From an uncultured Kiritimatiellota bacterium (GTDB lineage: Bacteria > Verrucomicrobiota > Kiritimatiellia > RFP12 > UBA1067): 64,000 nucleotides of DNA. The DNA lies in contig CAKTZA010000009.1 of NCBI GenBank assembly GCA_934635045.1, positions 4,738-68,737 on the forward strand. The letters are read 5' to 3'. The notes beneath the pieces are model-generated. The model was not told where the DNA came from and made no database searches. It saw only the letters and a list, made by a program, of their open reading frames with translations. Positions 18,512 to 25,244 of this stretch are shown here, piece after piece. The position numbers were made by a program, and so were the translations under genes. Position 1 is the stretch's first letter, and the number at the start of each line of letters is the position of its first letter.

Positions 18512-19510
18512 CTACCGCTTGCGCGCGCGCCGCTTGAAGAGCGCACGCACGGCGTCGATGTACGGACGGTCGGTCGCGATCGGCAGCGTCTCGATGCCCG
18601 TCTTGAGGAAGAACCGCCGCAAGTCCTCGGTCTCGGACGCGGCGCGCGCGGTAAACGCACGGCGCACCTTCGCGCTGGACGTATCCACGAGGACGAGCGC
18701 CCCCGTCTCGGGGTCTTCGAGCTCCACAAGCCCCACGTCGGGCAGCGCGCTTTCCGCCGGATCGCACACGGGCACGCAGATGAGGTCGTGATGCCGCGCC
18801 GCCGCACGCAGGAGCCGCTCGGCAGAAGAACGGGCGTCCGCACTTTCCCCTTCCGCGCCCTTTCCTTCTTCCTTCTTCCCTCTTCCTTCTTCCTTCTTCC
18901 CTCTTCCTTCTCCCTTTTGCCCTCCCTTCTTCCTTTTCCCTTCTGGCATGAGGAAGTCGCTCACGAGAAAGACGACGGCGCGGCGCTTCTGGACGCCGTT
19001 CAGGAACTTGAGCGCGCCCTCGATGTCCGTGCCGCCCTGCGCGTCGTCCTCGGCGGCCAGCACCTCACGCACGAGGCGCATGACCGAGTCGCGGCCCTTG
19101 CGCGGCGGGATGTACTTGACGATCCGGTCGGAGAAGAGGACGAGGCCGATCTTGTCCTGGTTGCGGATCGCCGTCAGCGCGAGTAGCGCCGTCACCTCGG
19201 CGGCGAGCTCCATCTTCGAGCGGCGGACGCTACCGTAGCCCTGCGAGCCGGAGACGTCCACGAGAAAGAGGATCGTCAGCTCGCGCTCCTCGGCGAAGCG
19301 CTTGATGTACGGCACGCCCGTCTTCGCCGTCACGTTCCAGTCGATCGTGCGCACGTCGTCCCCGACCTGGTAGGGGCGCACCTCGTCGAATTCGACGCCC
19401 TGTCCCTTGAAGGTCGAGTGGTAGTCGCCCGCAAGCTGGTCGTCGATCAGCTTGTTGGTGAGGATCCGTATCTTCCCCACCTTCGCCATCAGTTCCTTTA
19501 CGTCAGTCAT
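18512..19510 (-). CDS. DUF58 (VWA-like) protein, usual MoxR partner, with in-frame KKEEG low-complexity insertion
   Basis: YHSTFKGQGVEFDEVRPYQVGDDVRTIDWNVTAKTG...LFLVDVSGS is the DUF58 signature. The insertion PEGKRKKGGQKGEGRGKKEEGRGKKEEGKGAEGE is encoded by the pyrimidine run 18845-18945. Confidence 0.8.
   Translation of the reverse strand: MTDVKELMAKVGKIRILTNKLIDDQLAGDYHSTFKGQGVEFDEVRPYQVGDDVRTIDWNVTAKTGVPYIKRFAEERELTILFLVDVSGSQGYGSVRRSKMELAAEVTALLALTAIRNQDKIGLVLFSDRIVKYIPPRKGRDSVMRLVREVLAAEDDAQGGTDIEGALKFLNGVQKRRAVVFLVSDFLMPEGKRKKGGQKGEGRGKKEEGRGKKEEGKGAEGESADARSSAERLLRAAARHHDLICVPVCDPAESALPDVGLVELEDPETGALVLVDTSSAKVRRAFTARAASETEDLRRFFLKTGIETLPIATDRPYIDAVRALFKRRARKR
18845..18945. repeat. 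Pyrimidine (CTTCCTTCTTCCCT) run in the DUF58 gene
   Basis: Encodes GKKEEGRGKKEEG on the minus strand. Confidence 0.85.
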
Positions 19511-19550
19511 TGGTCATCCACCTCCACAATCACCTCTTATCCAAAAGGCC

Positions 19551-19688
19551 GCAAAGGCTTTGACGCAAAGGCCTCCAAGGCGCTTGCGCTCTTTGCGCTT
19601 CCCTTCGCGTTCTTTGCGGTAAGGCACCAACCGTCTGCTTTCTCATGTGAGTTACGTCTCCTCGTCCGGCACGACCTCGCACGTCTTC
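19551..19688. repeat. Repeat A1: GCAAAG-type element plus a remnant of the 3' end of the small gene 24146..24358
   Basis: Aligns with 24054-24191 (mostly identical by eye), including cgtctcctcgtccggcacgacctcgcacgtcttc, which in A2 is coding sequence. Confidence 0.8.
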
Positions 19689-19753
19689 TTATTTACAATT
19701 ATCATGTCTGCCATCTCACACCACATTCTCTACATCCATCGTGGTTTTTCCCA

Positions 19754-21190
19754 TCAGATTCTCGCCTTCAATCCCGTGATCTCGCCCACATCGAGTTTCG
19801 TAAACGCGAAGCACTTCCTACCGAGGTCTTTCAACGACGCACCGATGAGATAGAGTTCCTTGTCGTCAAGGATGAGAAACCGGTCATGAAACGCCGCGCT
19901 TGTCTTCACGGAAAGGCCGCCATATTGAGCGTTGAACTTCGCGACATCGCTGTCCGCAACTTTGTTGCCGCGCACAGACGTCACAACTTCCACCTCGACC
20001 CCTTTGCGCTTTTTCGCAAGCATGTCAAGCGTTCCCGTTCCAACCCAGCTGTCAATCAACAGAATCGACCTCTTCGCCCGGGCTATCAATCTCTCCATCA
20101 GCGAACAGGCGTCCCACAACTGCCCGTCATAGAACACACCCTGCAAAGGCGGTTCCTTCGTCTGAATGAAGAAATCAACCTTACCCTCAAGCATCGACAA
20201 CCTCTCATCGTGTCCGGCCAACCGACGATCGATCCGATCCTCCAGCAGACACAACCTCTGGTTGACCGCATAGCCTTTCAGCAGATACTCGCGCAAAACA
20301 CCCGTGGCCCATTGCCGGAACTTCGTAGCCCGCAATGAATTGACGCGGTAGCCGACGGCGATGATCATGTCGAGATTGTAGAATGGGACAATTCGTGAAA
20401 TCATCCGCCCACCCTCGTTTTGAACCTGTGCAATTTTTGCACAGGTTGACGCCGCCTCAAGTTCGCCTGTCTTGTAAATGTTGTGTATGTGACGATTGAT
20501 GACCGTTCGATCCACGCCAAACAACTCGCCAAGCCGGGACTGATTGAGCCATACCGTCTCGTTTTCCACGCGAACGTCCAACCGCATTGTCTCGTTCGGC
20601 TGGTAGACAACGATCTGATTTTCCATGTTCTCCCTCATGACATCCATCTGCACAGGGTCGAATGCTGTCACCGTCAGGCCTTTCTCGACATACGATTTAA
20701 GGCTGTCGAAGACAAACGGCATCGAACGTCCGCCCGTCTTCGGATACGGCTTCGCGTAGAAGGCCGCGTCGATCCGAACGACGGGACAGCGCGACGAGCA
20801 GACGTAGACCTCCGCCGCCTTGCGGCCCAGCAGCTTCAGGGGCGTGGTCGCCTCCGCCAATTCGTAAAGCGCATACGTCTCGCCATGGGCCTTCGCCGGT
20901 TCGGCAAGGGAATAGCCCGTCGCCGCCAGTTCCTTGCATCCGACAACCGCCTTGAAGTGTGCCGTGAACGCGAGTGGACGCGCCCCTTCGGCAAAGAGAA
21001 CGATGCCGCCGACACGCTCGTGGAACGCAAGTTTTCCGCACTTCGGCAACGGCAGGTTGTAGAGCCTTTTCGCGGCAATCCACGCCGCGTTCTCCGGCCG
21101 ATACGTCCCGACCAGGACAATGTGCCCAGTGCCCCCTGCCCGCACCGCACGGCGCATCCGCTTGCAATTCTCTCTCCCGCTTTCCTTCAT
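19754..21190 (-). CDS. Fusion protein: about 158-aa unknown N-terminal domain (identical to that of the MTase at 25234..26748), RhuM-family core and PLD-like C-terminal region
   Basis: ETVWLNQSRLGELFGVDRTVINRHIHNIYKTGELEAASTCAKIAQVQNEGGR...FYNLDMIIAVGYRVNSLRATKFRQWAT matches the RhuM family pattern. C-terminal AFHDRFLILDD. Own TTTGGTATAAT box 7 nt upstream of ATG 21190. Confidence 0.7.
   Translation of the reverse strand: MKESGRENCKRMRRAVRAGGTGHIVLVGTYRPENAAWIAAKRLYNLPLPKCGKLAFHERVGGIVLFAEGARPLAFTAHFKAVVGCKELAATGYSLAEPAKAHGETYALYELAEATTPLKLLGRKAAEVYVCSSRCPVVRIDAAFYAKPYPKTGGRSMPFVFDSLKSYVEKGLTVTAFDPVQMDVMRENMENQIVVYQPNETMRLDVRVENETVWLNQSRLGELFGVDRTVINRHIHNIYKTGELEAASTCAKIAQVQNEGGRMISRIVPFYNLDMIIAVGYRVNSLRATKFRQWATGVLREYLLKGYAVNQRLCLLEDRIDRRLAGHDERLSMLEGKVDFFIQTKEPPLQGVFYDGQLWDACSLMERLIARAKRSILLIDSWVGTGTLDMLAKKRKGVEVEVVTSVRGNKVADSDVAKFNAQYGGLSVKTSAAFHDRFLILDDKELYLIGASLKDLGRKCFAFTKLDVGEITGLKARI
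20648..21122. repeat. 475-bp direct repeat N, copy 1 (N-terminal domain of the RhuM fusion)
   Basis: Line-by-line comparison with 26254-26728 showed no mismatch. Confidence 0.9.
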
Positions 21191-21197
21191 GCCGCGT

Positions 21198-21206
21198 ATT
21201 ATACCA
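21198..21206 (-). promoter_or_regulatory. Extended -10 box TGGTATAAT, 7 nt upstream of the RhuM-fusion ATG
   Basis: Minus strand: TTTGGTATAATacgcggcATG. Confidence 0.55.
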
Positions 21207-21262
21207 AAGTGCGCCGCCTCAGCGGCACAATGCCCCAAAAGACACGAACGACTCGCAGGCTT

Positions 21263-22975
21263 TCAGCCTCCGTAGCTCACGAAACCGAAGTTCCCATTCG
21301 CGTGGATGCGGCGGATCGTCTCGGCGGCGAAACACGCCTGGTCGGCCACGTTCAGCCGAATCGGCCGTTCGGTCGGCAGCCCCAAATGCGTCAGCACGAT
21401 CTTCAGGATCGTCGCCGGGTTCTCGAAGCGCGCGGGCGCGGACACGCCGACGGCGATGTAGACGTCCTCCATCGGCGCAATGCCGACGCAGATCGTGATG
21501 CCCTTCTCGCTGCAGCGGCTCAGACTCTTCTCCATAAGGAAAAGCTCCTCGCCCGTCAGGAGGTCGCGGCACTTGAGACCGACGCCTGCCTTCATCGCCA
21601 GAATCTCCAGCCACGTGTAGCGGTAGTTCGCGTAGTACGTCGCCGCGCGCGCGTCAATGTCATCGAATTCCTCCTTCCGCGCCAGCACACGCCGAATCGC
21701 CGGACCGTCGCCCTGGTCATCCATCATTGACGCGAAGTCTCCCACCACGCAGTCGAGCGTCGGGTCGAGGTCGGCCAACGAGTCGCGCTCTTCAAGGAAA
21801 CCGAGCCGAACCGCCGCCTGACGCCGTTCCTCCTGCGTCAGCTCCGTGACGACGTGGGCGCGGACAAAATCCATCGTGACTTGCCGGACATCCTCGTAAA
21901 CCGCGAGCTTGGCGTCACGCCTCGTGGCGTCCTTGACGAATGCGAAATCGATTGGGCCATTGTAGGCGGACAGCGGAATGTCTTCAGGCTGGATGTAGTC
22001 GCCGTCATCCGGCTCGTCTGAATCGGAATCGTCGTCCCAGTCGTCCACGCCCTCGTCGCGGCCCTCGCCGAAGTCGAACACGTCGTGGATGTCCTCGTCT
22101 GCCTGCTCGTCGACGAGCCCAAGGTCGGCAAGCTCGCGCGGCGTCCGGCCGCGCCCTTCCCACGTGCGCGTCGTGTCCAAAAGCGGGCTGAGGGCCTGCG
22201 CGAGACGCTGGACGGCCTCATCGTCGGACGGTTCCCAGTCGCAGTTCTCGCGGATGTACTTGAGCGCCGTGACAACCTTCGCGCCATTGACGCGCGCGTT
22301 GCACTGGACGCCCAGCGTGTCCAGTTCCTGTTCAGCCCTGTCAAGACGATACGCTTTCTTGACGAACCTCTCGAACGCGCGGCTCTCTTTCGTTTCCTCG
22401 GCCGCCATCGGCTCCTCGTAGAGGAGGAAGTCGTCTTCCGGCAGCACGGCGAGGTCGAGCTTGCGGAAACTGGCCATGGTGTCCGCGACCGTGCGCGTGA
22501 TCTCGGCGTTCGCGTCCTTCGACGGAGTCGGCTCCTCGTCCCAATCACTCGACGTCAGGTCGTGGTAGACGATGACGCGCGGCTCGTCCGCCTTCAGCTG
22601 CCAGGTCGAGAACCAGATCTCCGGCGCATCGCACGGCCCGTCCAGCAGATGCTCAAGGTCTTCCGGCTCGGGGCGGTTCGCGAAATAGTCGTGAAGCCGG
22701 TCGACGAGCGCGTCGAGTTCGGCGACCGTCATCGCGTCCGAAATCGGCGCGTCGTGATCTTTCGCGTAGCCGTTGTAAAGCGAGACGAACTCCTCCAGCG
22801 TAAGGACGCCATAGAGGTTCGCCGCCGCGTTGAGGCAGCGCAGCGCGAATTCCTCGCGCGCGTTCAGCTCGGCGGGCTCGTGCGCACCCTCGTCGCGCCC
22901 GCATTCTTCCTCCGCCGCGCTGTCGTCCTTCCAGACGCCATCCGGCCCAATGATCGTGTCAAATGGTCTTTTCAT
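21263..22975 (-). CDS. Hypothetical, strongly acidic 570-aa protein
   Basis: Start at MKRPFDTIIG (ATG 22975), in ATGA overlap with the upstream stop. Asp/Glu tracts (DDWDDDSDSDEPDDGDY). No motif I recognise. Confidence 0.5.
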   Translation of the reverse strand: MKRPFDTIIGPDGVWKDDSAAEEECGRDEGAHEPAELNAREEFALRCLNAAANLYGVLTLEEFVSLYNGYAKDHDAPISDAMTVAELDALVDRLHDYFANRPEPEDLEHLLDGPCDAPEIWFSTWQLKADEPRVIVYHDLTSSDWDEEPTPSKDANAEITRTVADTMASFRKLDLAVLPEDDFLLYEEPMAAEETKESRAFERFVKKAYRLDRAEQELDTLGVQCNARVNGAKVVTALKYIRENCDWEPSDDEAVQRLAQALSPLLDTTRTWEGRGRTPRELADLGLVDEQADEDIHDVFDFGEGRDEGVDDWDDDSDSDEPDDGDYIQPEDIPLSAYNGPIDFAFVKDATRRDAKLAVYEDVRQVTMDFVRAHVVTELTQEERRQAAVRLGFLEERDSLADLDPTLDCVVGDFASMMDDQGDGPAIRRVLARKEEFDDIDARAATYYANYRYTWLEILAMKAGVGLKCRDLLTGEELFLMEKSLSRCSEKGITICVGIAPMEDVYIAVGVSAPARFENPATILKIVLTHLGLPTERPIRLNVADQACFAAETIRRIHANGNFGFVSYGG

Positions 22976-23991
22976 GTTCTGATCGTCCTTTGCCGTAAGT
23001 TTTCCCTCGTACAAGCTCCCTGTTCGTCGATCTCATTCCAATTCCCCAGCACCTGCCAGGTTCCGCCGTTGTCCGCGCCGACCCGCCGCAGACGGCCCTC
23101 CGCCTTGAGCAGACGAAGATTCCTTTCAATCCCCGAACGCGAAAGCCCCGTTTCCCGCACCAGATCCGCCGTCGTCCATTCCGGGCGGCTCGCAAGCGCA
23201 GCCAGGATTTTCTCCTTACTTTTCTCCTTACTCTTGGCGTCGACCTTTTCGCTCGCCAACGCACGCCGCTCCCGATAAAACGTCACCTTCAGGGTCGCCG
23301 ACTCTTCGGAAACGACGGGCACCGGAAGCCCCATCTTGGCACAGGCCTCAAAATAGCGCGACACGCCACCACCCCAGCCCTCGACTTCGCCCATGTATTC
23401 CAGCGCCGCGCCAACGGCATGGTTCCGAAGCTTCGAGAATCCGTTTCGCGCGTCTTCGACCGTCATCTCGCGGACGAGGCCACCGGGCGAGACAACCTCC
23501 AGTCGATCATCATAAACGGCCACGTAAACGCACGACGGCGACAGGTAGTCACGATGGAAGACGGCATTGCAAATGGCCTCGCGAATCGCATCGATCGGCA
23601 ACTCGTAGACGTCCCGCCGCGCCGTGCCGACAAGTTCCGTGCCCACGCGAATGTTCCGCAGCACGAACTGATAGACCTTTTCGCCGCTCTTCACGTCCAC
23701 GGCAATCAGCGACTTGCCTTCGACGACAGCGGGCTTCACATCGATGGAGATGTGCGGCGAGCACATGTTCAAGACCGCATCGACGATGGCGTCCATTTCG
23801 GCGGCGACCTTTTCGCGCGGGATGCCGACAATCCGCCCCGTCTCGTTCTCGACGCCGAACAGCAGCCGTCCGCCGCGCCCGTTGGCGAACGCCACGACGG
23901 TCTTGACGAACTTCAGCGAGTCCTTCGGACGCGCCTCCTTGAACTCAAGCGAGGCATTCTCGCCCTGTGCAATCTGTTCAAGCAACGTCAT
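22972..23991 (-). CDS. AlbA_2/Schlafen-like divergent-AAA domain protein with HATPase_c_4-like and C-terminal wHTH regions (COG2865 type)
   Basis: GENASLEFKEARPKDSLKFVKTVVAFANGRGGRLLFGVENETGRIVGI (AlbA_2 pattern). IREAICNAVFHRDYLSPSCVYVAVYDDRLEVVSPGGL. Start at MTLLEQ (ATG 23991). Confidence 0.65.
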   Translation of the reverse strand: MTLLEQIAQGENASLEFKEARPKDSLKFVKTVVAFANGRGGRLLFGVENETGRIVGIPREKVAAEMDAIVDAVLNMCSPHISIDVKPAVVEGKSLIAVDVKSGEKVYQFVLRNIRVGTELVGTARRDVYELPIDAIREAICNAVFHRDYLSPSCVYVAVYDDRLEVVSPGGLVREMTVEDARNGFSKLRNHAVGAALEYMGEVEGWGGGVSRYFEACAKMGLPVPVVSEESATLKVTFYRERRALASEKVDAKSKEKSKEKILAALASRPEWTTADLVRETGLSRSGIERNLRLLKAEGRLRRVGADNGGTWQVLGNWNEIDEQGACTRENLRQRTIRT

Positions 23992-24053
23992 GCCGCCACG
24001 CCTCTTGTCTGAAGAAACCGCAAACAAACCATCTCGTCCTCGGCATTTTCAAC

Positions 24054-24191
24054 GCAAAGGCTTTGACGCAAAGGACGCAAAGGCGCTTGCGCTCTTTGCG
24101 GTTCCCTTCGCGTTCTTTGCGTTAAGGCACAAACCGACTGCTTTCTCATGTGGCTTCCATCTCCTCGTCCGGCACGACCTCGCACGTCTTC
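24054..24191. repeat. Repeat A2 (covers the last ~15 codons of the small gene plus the downstream spacer)
   Basis: See A1. Confidence 0.8.
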
Positions 24192-24358
24192 GAATAGTCC
24201 GTGTGTGGCCCGCAGGCCAACGACAACTTCACAATGTCAATCATGCCACCACCGACAAGGCCGTCGGCCACCCACTCGGCATCGTCAGGCGATTCCGCCA
24301 TCACCTCGATGCGGGCGGTGTAGGTTTCGGTGACATCAACAAGATAGCGACGCTTCAT
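24146..24358 (-). CDS. Small hypothetical protein (70 aa) downstream of the restriction gene
   Basis: ATG 24358 preceded by a strong SD (GAAGGAGAAGCC). Its last ~15 codons lie inside repeat A2. No recognisable domain. Confidence 0.4.
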   Translation of the reverse strand: MKRRYLVDVTETYTARIEVMAESPDDAEWVADGLVGGGMIDIVKLSLACGPHTDYSKTCEVVPDEEMEAT

Positions 24359-24368
24359 GGCTTCTCCT

Positions 24369-25244
24369 TCAACAGGCAAGATCCAGCGGCAAGTCGGAAA
24401 TATCCTTAAGGCGCTTACCGTCAATCATGTTGTTTAGCAAGACCATCGCCTCGTCACGGCTCTTCGACGAACATTTCTTCACCGCCGACAAAAGCTCATA
24501 CAACGCGAAATGATAAACACAGTCAATGTCGCCCGTGCCAAGGGCCAGCGAGGCGATACGCGAGGGCGAAGGTTCTGCCGTAACGACCATGATATGCGGC
24601 ACACGCCCCTTGCGGTCGCGCATCAGGTTCAAGGCTTCCGTCCGACTGTTCTGCGCACGGTCGCTCCGCATTGTCCACTTCGCCGAAATCGACGCATGGA
24701 GGATTGGCTTGCCTCCGTTCTTCTTGCGCAAGTCGGCTTTCAGGCAGATCGAATCATCGACAAAATCAGCAAGTCGATTGATTTCATCGTCCTCACACAA
24801 AGCACGGGCCACAACCACATCCGGCGACACGAGATAGTCGTTGCCCAACGCCGCCTGGAGTTTCGGATTCTCGCGAACAGCCTCCGCCAAGGCGAAGAGA
24901 TGTTCGTACTGGGCGAAATCCGCCGTCTTGACACGGCTCTTGTTTCCCAACCTCGCCACACTCCAAGTACCGGGGCGCAGATTCTGCAATTTCGGAAACG
25001 TCGACTCCACGAATTTTGCAACGGCATCCTCAAAACTGGCTCCGGCTGTCTGCCCTTTCTCCTTGGCACACGCATATCCCGCGCCAAGGAATCTCGCAAT
25101 CCCGTCGGCTATCGCACACGAAAACGCATTCTTTCGGTCGGCATTGGACGCCACCCCCTCCTTGTCAAAGCAGAGAATGCCGCCCTGGACAAGCCGATCA
25201 TGGAAAGCCTTTCTGGCTTCGGCAAACACAACCTCACGCCTCAT
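24369..25244 (-). CDS. Type II restriction endonuclease, NgoMIV/Cfr10I/Bse634I family (CCGG-core recognition likely)
   Basis: SPD...(47 aa)...SAK-WTM-RSDR-AQNSRT-E. The D-to-K spacing of 47, K-to-E spacing of 14 and RSDR four residues after K reproduce, as I recall them, NgoMIV D140/K187/R191-S-D-R194/E201. Start at MRREV (ATG 25244). Confidence 0.7.
   Translation of the reverse strand: MRREVVFAEARKAFHDRLVQGGILCFDKEGVASNADRKNAFSCAIADGIARFLGAGYACAKEKGQTAGASFEDAVAKFVESTFPKLQNLRPGTWSVARLGNKSRVKTADFAQYEHLFALAEAVRENPKLQAALGNDYLVSPDVVVARALCEDDEINRLADFVDDSICLKADLRKKNGGKPILHASISAKWTMRSDRAQNSRTEALNLMRDRKGRVPHIMVVTAEPSPSRIASLALGTGDIDCVYHFALYELLSAVKKCSSKSRDEAMVLLNNMIDGKRLKDISDLPLDLAC

Noticed and set aside
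17619-18767. 382-aa version of the TIM-barrel ORF overlapping the DUF58 gene
   Set aside because: The first 86 residues are Arg-rich nonsense overlapping the DUF58 coding frame. The conserved protein starts at MTFALSTNW (18509).
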